Of a DNA stretch of 64,000 nt, positions 40,301 to 48,500 are shown in pieces (position 1 is the first letter of the stretch; every line of letters begins with the position of its first letter). Source of the stretch: Thermoplasmata archaeon (GTDB lineage Archaea > Thermoplasmatota > Thermoplasmata > GCA-020350865); contig CP070751.1 of assembly GCA_020348445.1 (NCBI GenBank), forward strand, positions 4,321,723 through 4,385,722. The letters run 5' to 3'. The notes under the pieces are model-generated. The model saw only the letters and a list, made by a program, of their open reading frames with translations. It did no database searches and was not told the origin of the DNA. A program made the translations under genes and the position numbers.

Positions 40301-42384
40301 TAGCATCCATGAACCTTACCATAACAGGCAGTGCAACAGATGCAGATCTAAAGGGGATTTGGGTTTTCCATGATAGTAACCAAAATGGCATATTAGATGA
40401 GACAGTTGATAGAAAACTATCAAATTTGGGCATTGATATAAGCGAGGGCAAGGTAAATATTCCCTTTGAATTAACGATATCTAAAAATGAAGAAGAGACA
40501 TTATTTGTAGCACTGGATATATCTGAAGGAGCAACGGATGAGAAAACTGTTGGATTGCGGATTGCAGAGCCTGTTGATGTTGTCTTCGACCCAGGTGTTT
40601 TGACTCTCATGCCCATTGATTTAGCGAACAGTTACATAGGCAAGGTTGGGGAAAACATCACCATAGATGGTGCATTCGGTGATTGGGATAAGTCCCAAGC
40701 AACGAGCGATACTTCAGATGATGTGCGAAACGGCTACAACAGGGTCGAAAATGGAAACATTGACATAATGCACTACGATACAAGACACAATTTGGAGTTG
40801 CTCGCCTTTTATTTAGATGTTGATGGTACGATGCTTGGAGGCGTAACTGTACCCTGGAACGGGACACGACCCTCTGAGCCTATAAAGGGTGTGCTAAGAG
40901 ACAGTGACGGTGATGGTTATCCAGATCAGGAGGAACCCTCACAATTCAGATATGACTTCGACAACGATGCAGGATTACCTGATGATCCAAATAATCCCGT
41001 GGAGCCAGACACTGGACCAGATGGTGTTGACCATGACAGCGACAACGATGGTATCGAGGATTGGCCTTGGGGTGGAAATGATACTCTCCTTGAGCAGCCG
41101 CGAACAAAAAAGATGAAGTATATAGGAGAGCCTCGTCTTCCATCTAGGCTGCCTGTGGTCACAGGTGAAGATGTGGCTTATATTTTTATCGACGCTGATA
41201 ATGATGTATCAACTGGATATAATGTAAACGAATTAATTGGTGCAGATTTCATGCTCAATATTTCGGGGAAGGGCAACTTAATAACTTCAAAATATCTAAA
41301 CAGATTCAACTCTGCAAATACTAAGGTTTGGGTTTGGAGCATTGTGGGGAATTTGAGTGCAGCCATCGACTCAAACGAGTTGGAAGCTCAGATAGAATTT
41401 TCTGCCCTTGACATTTTGTTAAACGAACCCTTTAATGTCTGGTTTTTCACAACAGATTGGATGGACTCCTATGACCTGTCTGACTTTGGTCTTTCAGATA
41501 CAAGAGGGAGTAGGGGAACCAGGGCTGGAGGCGGATCAAAGGTTGTTTTGAACGAGATTTTTCCAGATGCAAATGGATGGATTGAATTGTACAATACCGG
41601 AAAAAAAGCGGAGGATATAAGTGGATTTACTATAATTTGGGATGGCAATTCTTATACAATTCCACAGGGAACCACAATCCCCTCTGGTGGTTTTCTTGCA
41701 TATGATGTTGGATCCATTTCCAGCTCAGGAACAGTCACCATGAATAATAACAAGGGCCAGCAGGTTGACTCCACAACATATGCCAGTGTACCTTCTGGGG
41801 AGGGTTGGGGAAGATATCCTGACGGAGCAGATAACTGGATATATACCACTCCTACCAAAGCTGCGGCAAATCAACCTGCAGTTCCTCCACCAACTGCTGA
41901 TGTTGTTATCAACGAGGTGTTTCCCGACGCAAACGGTTGGGTTGAGCTTTATAATAATGGTGATAAAAACACAAATATTGGTGGCTGGTACATCGTTTGG
42001 AGCGGGGGAACCTACACAATACCCCCAAATACCAAGATTCAAAAGGGCTCATTTAACACATTTGATGTGGGCAATATACCATCCACCGATACAGTTACAT
42101 TATATGATGTCAACGATGTACAGCAGGACTCTGAATCCTTTGCGAATGTGCTCTCAGGCTATGGATGGGGGAGGTGCCCAGATGGCACGTCCAGCTGGTG
42201 GCTAACAATCCCCACAAAAGACGCAGCAAACACGATCCCGGAATTTTCCGATGCAATTGCACCGATTCTGTTCATCTTTTTCATCTTTGGCCTGATAAAA
42301 AATCGAAGTAAGAAAAAAAGCAAAGAAATCGAAAAGGAAGGGTGTTTAAGGGAACTGGACAAGGTCCTTTGTGAAAGGTCCTAA
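37387..42384 (+). CDS. Giant trans-envelope protein A (1665 aa): 9 Cys4 zinc ribbons + HhH, NG repeats, TM, extracellular DOMON/CBM9-like and Asp-rich module, two lamin-tail domains, PEF-CTERM
   Basis: Nine CxxC-x10-CxxC units; HHH_5-like IPDIGRSRAEAFWDAGFRSLEDLRKASLDEIAAVKGIG; (L/I/V)(S/T)NG repeats; TM IRVVVLVGIVLLLLASPYLINLLI; two VxNExFPDANGWxELYN LTD-like domains; IPEFSDAIAPILFIFFIFGLIKNRSKKK. Confidence 0.85.
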   Translation: MPTEDNNTLSCPFCGKEISYGDTKCSNCGRKLIKEKENGTKRGLGRALSEKYWKKITELERRKKKEAEKPQDKEIILGVFSLIPDIGRSRAEAFWDAGFRSLEDLRKASLDEIAAVKGIGRALAEKIQSNLSRPEKRIERGELLICTNCGALLSSSAIRCGLCGVKVQEEELAEEEIIEEEGMEEEPDLYLCPECGSFLAPGAVECGECGAVFEMEEGEEVEEIEPPPKMVKEKEEVEELRALFLCPNCGAFLAPDKEVCDKCGVKTREIEEKIEEEGERERELLEEMLIELEPEIEKVSAEYGEDLSELFICPECGSFLTTGATECSYCGVAFEEEEEVEELEKVEVALERIEAALEKEIEAEEVSAEYGEDLSELFICPECGSFLNIGATECSFCGVVFEEEVEEEIAEPEKEVKVEEVAAEYGEDLSELFICPECGSFLTTGAEKCSYCGVVFEEEEEEVKIEEEAPSLLPKKLPDFWYKKEEEEVYLCPNCGSFLTTGVEECRSCGVKIEPGMEINALAEISGEPKKVPDYWIKEKEPSSLFICPECGAFNKDESTHCSICGVGLKEEVEEELEEEVPLKEVLGEEPIVEEEPLIEEEPLVLEEEIRRKEIDLEEEIAEEIEEEIRSLEVSLEEVKPLKVPGLINGLSNGLSNGLSNGLSNGLSNGLRMRRKSLAGVTNGITNGVTNGLTNGLRRLRLGLVNGLTNGNGITDGVGPIKDALKRASGTIRVVVLVGIVLLLLASPYLINLLIPSRHPMEIDGDFSEWADIPGYSDSLSDLTRNQDVNIVEYKLTINKWGDMAFYLKVNGTILNGIYGMDSVNIFIDEDGNSSTGYRISTLGADKMIGVVGWDHNIYEGAYSQFNMSRSQLDLNGFDVFYKIPVAIGKDKLETKIWLSTLSMELNRPVRILFSARDTAGNEDISDVIISQIYGALKIRETSTAPEKIPKGASRVSMLKLDLNAMGEDISIASMNLTITGSATDADLKGIWVFHDSNQNGILDETVDRKLSNLGIDISEGKVNIPFELTISKNEEETLFVALDISEGATDEKTVGLRIAEPVDVVFDPGVLTLMPIDLANSYIGKVGENITIDGAFGDWDKSQATSDTSDDVRNGYNRVENGNIDIMHYDTRHNLELLAFYLDVDGTMLGGVTVPWNGTRPSEPIKGVLRDSDGDGYPDQEEPSQFRYDFDNDAGLPDDPNNPVEPDTGPDGVDHDSDNDGIEDWPWGGNDTLLEQPRTKKMKYIGEPRLPSRLPVVTGEDVAYIFIDADNDVSTGYNVNELIGADFMLNISGKGNLITSKYLNRFNSANTKVWVWSIVGNLSAAIDSNELEAQIEFSALDILLNEPFNVWFFTTDWMDSYDLSDFGLSDTRGSRGTRAGGGSKVVLNEIFPDANGWIELYNTGKKAEDISGFTIIWDGNSYTIPQGTTIPSGGFLAYDVGSISSSGTVTMNNNKGQQVDSTTYASVPSGEGWGRYPDGADNWIYTTPTKAAANQPAVPPPTADVVINEVFPDANGWVELYNNGDKNTNIGGWYIVWSGGTYTIPPNTKIQKGSFNTFDVGNIPSTDTVTLYDVNDVQQDSESFANVLSGYGWGRCPDGTSSWWLTIPTKDAANTIPEFSDAIAPILFIFFIFGLIKNRSKKKSKEIEKEGCLRELDKVLCERS
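38284..38697 (+). repeat. Three near-identical copies of a zinc-ribbon module head (SAEYGEDLSELFICPECG)
   Basis: 47 nt identical at 38284-38330 and 38485-38531; third copy near 38650 with synonymous changes. Confidence 0.9.
39322..39540 (+). repeat. 12-bp / 4-aa [LIV][ST]NG repeat tract in protein A
   Basis: GLINGLSNGLSNGLSNGLSNGLSNGL...GVTNGITNGVTNGLTNGLRRLRLGLVNGLTNGNGITDG; codons vary synonymously between units. Confidence 0.95.
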
Positions 42385-42463
42385 TAAAGAGAATATGTTG
42401 GTTAAGCTTATGAATCATAAACACTTTTATGTCATGCGATTAAGTGGTTTGTGATGTGATAAA

Positions 42464-43333
42464 ATGAAGAAGATCAAGACCGGAGTTTTTGGATTGAATC
42501 CCCTTTTAGACGGAGGGATAAACGAGAACTCCACCACAGCTGTTATTGGAAGCTCTGGTGCTGGAAAAACAACGTTCGCAATTCAATTCATCAGAAAGGG
42601 CCTGGAATCTGGACAGGAATGTATATTTGTGAGTTTAGATGAGAATAAGGAACAGATTATCAGAGAGGCGGTGGAAATGGGGTGGGAGGAGATCATGGAC
42701 TATTTAAAAGAAGAGACCCTGGTGTTCATCGATGCCTCTGGCAAGGATTTTTCAAATTTCATAAGGAAGGAGCTTCACGAATTTGTCGCCGATTGGAAGG
42801 GCGTTGGGGCGAGAATCGCAATCGATCCTTTGACACCCGTTATATGGGCCGTGGAAAATAACTATGAACAAAGGGAGCTTATTACGATGTTGCTTAAGCA
42901 GACAAGAAAGGTGGGCACGGTGCTCTGCACCCTGGAGGAACATGGAACAGAAAGCGATCTTTCCGGAAAGGAAACAATTATCCCAATGTATCTGGCAGAT
43001 TGTGTAATACACCTGCGCTATAAAGCCATGGAGGGCCCAAAAAACAGAATGCTGAAGATAGTTAAGTGTCGAAACAGCTGGCACAGTGAGGATTTCCATC
43101 AATACAGAATCATAAGCGGGTTGGGTTTGGTTGTGCAGCAGGGTGATTTTGAAAAGAAAACGAAAAAGGAGGCACCAGCAGAGCTAATGAAAATGCTTGA
43201 AAAAAACGCAACTTTACTGCCTGAGGGTGTATATACGAAAATGCACAAAACACTGAAAAGTCTTTCAGATTCTGAACTGGGTGATATCACCCATCCCGAA
43301 CTGATACGTTATATAGTCGATGAGTACAGCTGA
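42464..43333 (+). CDS. KaiC/RAD55-family (COG0467) single-domain ATPase
   Basis: IKTGVFGLNPLLDGG, Walker A GSSGAGKT, SLDE, Walker B IAIDP, IVKCRNSWH; C-terminal helical extension. Confidence 0.9.
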   Translation: MKKIKTGVFGLNPLLDGGINENSTTAVIGSSGAGKTTFAIQFIRKGLESGQECIFVSLDENKEQIIREAVEMGWEEIMDYLKEETLVFIDASGKDFSNFIRKELHEFVADWKGVGARIAIDPLTPVIWAVENNYEQRELITMLLKQTRKVGTVLCTLEEHGTESDLSGKETIIPMYLADCVIHLRYKAMEGPKNRMLKIVKCRNSWHSEDFHQYRIISGLGLVVQQGDFEKKTKKEAPAELMKMLEKNATLLPEGVYTKMHKTLKSLSDSELGDITHPELIRYIVDEYS

Positions 43334-43360
43334 AGCTGTTAGATTTGGATTGTGATGTGA

Positions 43361-44071
43361 ATGCCAAGAGGTGTTGGGAAGGCGTTGGAGAAGGCCATAT
43401 CCCCAAAAGGAGAAAAGGCATCAGATGAGAAAAGAGAAAGAGAAGGTAAGTACGAATTCATGAATAAGAGCCGCCAAGAAATTTTTCAATTTTTATGCTC
43501 CCACCCTTGCAGTTATGTATCAATGATTTCAAAGGCCACAGGACTTTCAATACACGGAATCAATTGGCATCTAAGAAGGCTTATGGAAAGTGGATTTATC
43601 TCTAAAAGGGTCATGGGAAAGAAAACTGTTTTTTATCCCACTGAGATGATTGCAGAAGAAGACATACCAATTCTCGAGGTATTGAATTTAGATAAAGCAA
43701 AGGCCATATATCTTGTTATTCTTGAAAAAATAGGGATTTCGCAGGGGGATATTTGCAAAATATTGGGTTTAAATCATCAAGCTGTTATCTGGTATGCCAA
43801 AAAACTCGAGAATTTAGATCTGATCAGTTCACTGGAAGATGGGAAATACAGAAGATATTATCCGTCCGCACTTTTAATGAAAAAAAAGGATAAATACCAA
43901 AAGAGAATAAAAAACTTCAAAAACAATATAATTGCACGGTTTAAAGGAGAAAGATTATCCCCGACCATCTTAAGGTCCACAGAAGACAAGATAGTGGTGA
44001 GAATAACCCGAGGGACAGAAAAAGCTGTTCTTACCCTGCACACAAATCCGTTCGTTACCGTTCTTACTTGA
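43361..44071 (+). CDS. Double winged-helix transcriptional regulator (COG3398-like)
   Basis: SRQEIFQFLCSHP..ISKATGLSIHGINWHLRRL..VFYP and KAIYLVILEKIGISQGDICKILGLNHQAVIWYAKKL..DGKYRRYYP. Confidence 0.85.
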   Translation: MPRGVGKALEKAISPKGEKASDEKREREGKYEFMNKSRQEIFQFLCSHPCSYVSMISKATGLSIHGINWHLRRLMESGFISKRVMGKKTVFYPTEMIAEEDIPILEVLNLDKAKAIYLVILEKIGISQGDICKILGLNHQAVIWYAKKLENLDLISSLEDGKYRRYYPSALLMKKKDKYQKRIKNFKNNIIARFKGERLSPTILRSTEDKIVVRITRGTEKAVLTLHTNPFVTVLT

Positions 44072-44183
44072 ATTACTAGAATATTATATAATGTGCTATT
44101 ATACATTCTATCGTAATCCAAAATAAAAAATCTTACCGTAGAGTGTTTAATAATTATCAAATTAGTAGATTTACATACCAGGA

Positions 44184-44256
44184 TATATATAAGATACAAC
44201 CACTATATTTTCTAATATTAGTAGAATTTCTATTAAGATTCTACTTGGAGTAGAAT
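44184..44256 (+). promoter_or_regulatory. TATA box plus two 8-3-8 palindromic operator-like sites upstream of the ArsR-like gene
   Basis: TATATATA 44184-44191; TTTCTAAT-ATT-AGTAGAAT 44209-44227; perfect ATTCTACT-TGG-AGTAGAAT 44238-44256. Confidence 0.65.
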
Positions 44257-44269
44257 TTGAGGGATTATT

Positions 44270-44878
44270 ATGAGCGTAGAGCATTTTAAAAGTAGAGTGG
44301 ATGCTCTCTCTGGAGAGCACAGTTTAAAGATACTATTTTATCTCAGGGATAGTGATTGGTCCATTGCCTTGGATATTGCACGGGAACTTCGGCTCCATCC
44401 CACAACAGTTGCGAGATATCTTACAAAGATGCACAATGCCGGGATCATATCAAAAAGACCGAAGTGCGTGAAAACTGGAAAGACTTTTGAATACAGATTA
44501 AAATCGAAAAAAATCGATCTAACTTTGGATTTAAGTGAAGAAACTGATTATAAAAGCCCTTGTTCCATTGTGGATTTGATATCAAGAATCATTGATAGAT
44601 TAGAAAAGGTTGGTTGCCCCTTCAATCAAGACATTTTCAAAGATAAAAGAGAAAGGGAAACTTTTACCCTCATCATATCTAAAAAGGGGGACGAGATCTC
44701 CACTTTGAGCAAGAAGGACAAGGAATCTTTTACAAATGCTCTTGAGAGTCTCATCAAATTCTCTGAAAAATCTTATGGTAAATCTGTCACACAGGATATT
44801 GTTCTTTCAGCATGGCGTTCAATGGAGAAAACCGCGGGCGGATTTATGCCAGAATATATTCAGGAGGTGTTAAATTGA
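44270..44878 (+). CDS. ArsR-like wHTH regulator with a C-terminal helical domain
   Basis: ALSGEHSLKILFYL..IALDIARELRLHPTTVARYLTKMHNAGII..FEYRL; stop overlaps the TTG start of the next KaiC gene. Confidence 0.82.
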   Translation: MSVEHFKSRVDALSGEHSLKILFYLRDSDWSIALDIARELRLHPTTVARYLTKMHNAGIISKRPKCVKTGKTFEYRLKSKKIDLTLDLSEETDYKSPCSIVDLISRIIDRLEKVGCPFNQDIFKDKRERETFTLIISKKGDEISTLSKKDKESFTNALESLIKFSEKSYGKSVTQDIVLSAWRSMEKTAGGFMPEYIQEVLN

Positions 44879-45570
44879 AAGTATCATCTGGAATAGAGGG
44901 AGTGGATACCCTTTCTCATGGTGGATATCCTGAAGGTGGAGTGAATCTGATTTCTGGGGTAGCTGGTTCGGCTAAGACACTATTTGCCCTACATTTTCTG
45001 TGCAAAGGCTTGGAAGATAACGAGATGGGGCTTTTAATTACACTGGAAGAGGAGAAGGAAAGCATAGAGAGGGTTATGTCTCTTATGGATATCAATTCCT
45101 CCTCCAGAAAGATCGATATAATAGACCTCGGATTGATAAGAGCAGAGAAGGCCGAGGTTGGGGAGGGAATGGTAGGTTTTTCTGATCTCAAGGATTTCTT
45201 AAGCAGCTTCTTAGCCTCTCATCCCACTAAAAGGATAGTAATAGATTCCATATCTGCCGTGGGTATATATTACAAGGAAATAGAGAAACTCAGAGAAGAG
45301 CTTTTTTCCTTTGTGAGGTTTCTGAGGGGAAATGATGTAACAACAATTCTAACATCGGAGTCTTTAGAGGGAGGCAGTCTCACCAGATTTGGAGTTGAGC
45401 AGTTCCTTGCCGACTCTTTCATTGTTCTAGGTCTTGAAGAGGTCAAAGGCGAACTTAGGAGAACCATCACAATAAGAAAAATGAGGTTCACAAGCCACGA
45501 CACAGCCAAAAGACCGTTTCTAATCACAGAAAAGGGGATAGAGGTCTTTGTCAAAGAAAAGGTCCTATAA
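44875..45570 (+). CDS. KaiC/RAD55-family (COG0467) single-domain ATPase
   Basis: SSGIEGVDTLSHGG, Walker A variant GVAGSAKT, catalytic TLEE, IVIDS, RFGVEQFLADSFI, IRKMRFTSH. TTG start at 44875 after GGAGGTG. Confidence 0.9.
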   Translation: MKVSSGIEGVDTLSHGGYPEGGVNLISGVAGSAKTLFALHFLCKGLEDNEMGLLITLEEEKESIERVMSLMDINSSSRKIDIIDLGLIRAEKAEVGEGMVGFSDLKDFLSSFLASHPTKRIVIDSISAVGIYYKEIEKLREELFSFVRFLRGNDVTTILTSESLEGGSLTRFGVEQFLADSFIVLGLEEVKGELRRTITIRKMRFTSHDTAKRPFLITEKGIEVFVKEKVL

Positions 45571-48500
45571 TAAAAAAGTAAAAAGTGGGATTTTAGGTTT
45601 CGATCCTCTAATCGAAGGGGGATTCCCAAAAGGCTCATCCATACTCCTTCAGGGCCCCACTGGCTTGGAGAAAGAGCTATTTTATATGCAATTTATAAAG
45701 GAGGGACTTGAAAATGGAGAATCGACTGTAGTTCTTCTTTCTGTAAAATCCCCAGAGAATTTAAAGGATGAGCTGTTGGATTTGGGCTTAGATGTCGAGC
45801 TCCTCCTAGAACAAAAGAGACTCATTATCATCGACTGGTGCTCTTGGAAAACTGAAAATATAGTATACATTCAGGAGGAGGGATCAATTCTCAGGTGCGC
45901 GGCAGACATAATGAACGTGAGCATAGCCCTTGGTAAGGCCCTTTCCATGATTAAGGGTGAACGCATCAGGGCAGCAGGAGATATTCTTTCAGACGCCCTT
46001 AATTCGGAGACTCTAAGGACAGTATACGAGTTTGCTAAAGGGTGCAAGGTCAAGTTCGATGAGAAAGGCGTAACTGCGCTATTTACTCTAGAAAAGGAAA
46101 TACATGATCCAGAAACAATATCAAAACTTCAAACCCCTTTCGATGGCATCATAGATATAGAGCGGGAGAAAATTGAAAATAAAGTGGTAAGAAAGATAGG
46201 AATACTCGCGATGAAAAATTCTTCTATTCCATCTCATTACGAGGATCTTAATATTGGTAAAAACGAGGTATTTATTGGAGAACTTCCCAAAAGGAAGGAT
46301 AAGACCTCGAAAGAAAAAAGTAAATCCAAGAAATCAAAATCTTCCAAAGCTTCCAAAACCCATTCTGCCCCCAAAAAATCCAAATCATCAAAGAAGTCGG
46401 ATAAGTCAAAAAAATCCAAGTCATCTAAAGAGTCGAAACCATCTAAATCACCTGAGACTTCCAAAAGCCGTCCCCCCTCTAAAAAACCAAAATCGCTTAA
46501 AACATCAAAAAAGCCAAGGTCCTCAACAAAATCTAAATCGTCCAAATCCCCTAAAAAGCCCAAATCATCCAAAGCTCGTAAATCCTCCAAATCATCTGTA
46601 TCTTCTAAGAAAACTAAACAAACAAAATCACCCGAGCCTGATCTTCTTCCAGTTACCGAAGAATCACAAGATGCGGAGCTTGAAGAAAAGGAAGTGAAAG
46701 TAGAAGAGAAGGTAGAAGAAAAACCAAAACAATCCATTTATCTTTGTGTCGAGTGTGGAGCTTTTATAGGTAAACAGGGTGAGAAATGTAGCATTTGCGG
46801 TGCCGTATTTTTCGAAGAGGAAGAAACCGAAGATGAAGAAGATGAAGGGGAAAATATCCCTGAGATCGAGAGGGAGGAAATTGACAGTCATGACCTATAC
46901 CTATGTCCAGAATGCGGAGCTCTATTATCACCTGATGCTGAAATCTGTATCAATTGCGGATCAAGTTTGGAAGAGGAGGAATCAGAAGGGGAGGAACCAG
47001 AAGACGAGTCAACATCCGAGCCTGAGAATGTGCCAGACCTATTGGATAGTGAGCCTAAGACAGAGATTTTTCTATGTCCGGAATGTGGTGCTCTATTGGG
47101 TCCAGATGCTGAAATCTGTGTAAATTGCGGATCAAGTATAAAAGATGTGGAATTCCAAGAAGAGGATATTATATCAGAACTCGAGGATGTTCTGGATTTT
47201 GTAACTCATGATAAGGAAACAGAGATTTTTTTATGTCCTGAGTGCGGGGCCTTCATAAGTTCCATGGTAAATGAATGCTCAATTTGCGGTGTCGTATTTG
47301 AAGAAGAGGAAGGCATTGAGTCAGTCGAAGAAGAGACTATCTTGAAATCTGAAGAAGTACCAGATTTCTGGTATAGAAAAGAGCATGCAATGCCCTACAT
47401 ATGCCCTTGGTGTGGGGCTTTTATCAAAGCAGGGGAGACATGGTGTGATATATGCAATGCAGAAATTGTTTCAGGAAAGCAACATGTTACAGAACCATCA
47501 GAAGAAGAGGATTTTTCACCATTATGGATCCCATCAGAGAATCTATGCCCAAAATGCGGTGCATTCAATGCCAATGATGCCCAGGGTTGTTCAGTCTGCG
47601 GTAAACAAATAAAAGAAGAAATACGAACAGTTGAAGAGGAAATCACACAACAAGAAAGCACATATGATGCAAAAATCGAGGACGAAATCGAGAATTTAAT
47701 TGCCTTACTAGAGGAATTTGATACTGAAGAAGAAGAGAGTTTGACCAGTAGCCCAAAAATAGATATTAAATATGATAGAAAAGACGCAATAGGGATCACT
47801 AATGGACTTACAAATGGCTTAAAAGCACGTACAAGTAAAGTGAGAAAGTGTTTCATAAATGGCATTACAAACGGCATAAAAACGCCAAAAAGAGGAATGA
47901 CAAATGGTCTTACCAACGGTATGATAATGGAGCTTAAAGCCCTAAGAGATGGATTCACAAACGGTAAAGGGATATCAAATGGTCTGACCAACGGTCTAAC
48001 AAATGGTCTTACTAATGGATTGAGAAGGCTGAGAAGGGGAATTACAAACGGAATCACCAACGGAAACGGAATAACCAATGGAATTGGCCCCGTCAAAGAG
48101 ACCATGGTCAAAAAGGCAAAGATTAGTAAAATTCTAGTTACCATTGGCCTTGTGATGTTGCTCTTCATCTCGCCCTTTCTAATAAGTTCATTTGTTCCTT
48201 CCCATGAGCCTCTCCAAATCGATGGTAACTTCAGCGATTGGGATAATTTTATGAGGTATTCGGATTCCCTAACAGACCAAACAAAAAACCAAGATATCAA
48301 TATAGAGGAATTCAAGGTAACTCACAATAGATGGGGTGAAATTGCATTCTATCTCAAAGTCAGGGGCACATTGCTTTCGGGTCAATATGGATTGGACTCG
48401 GTTCATATATTCATAGATGAAGACGATAACACCGAAACAGGCTACCGTATAAGGACGATTGGAGCCGATAAACTGATCTTTATTACAGGATGGAATAACA

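Noticed and set aside
44238-44256. ATTCTACT-TGG-AGTAGAAT resembles the Cas12a direct-repeat hairpin
   Set aside because: Single perfect copy, no spacer periodicity and no cas12; its position between TATA box and start codon fits an operator better.
42464-46290. Circadian KaiABC clock
   Set aside because: The KaiC-like proteins are single-domain, lack the CII Ser/Thr phosphosite pair (EQFLAD, PMYLAD at that position), and no kaiA or kaiB is present.
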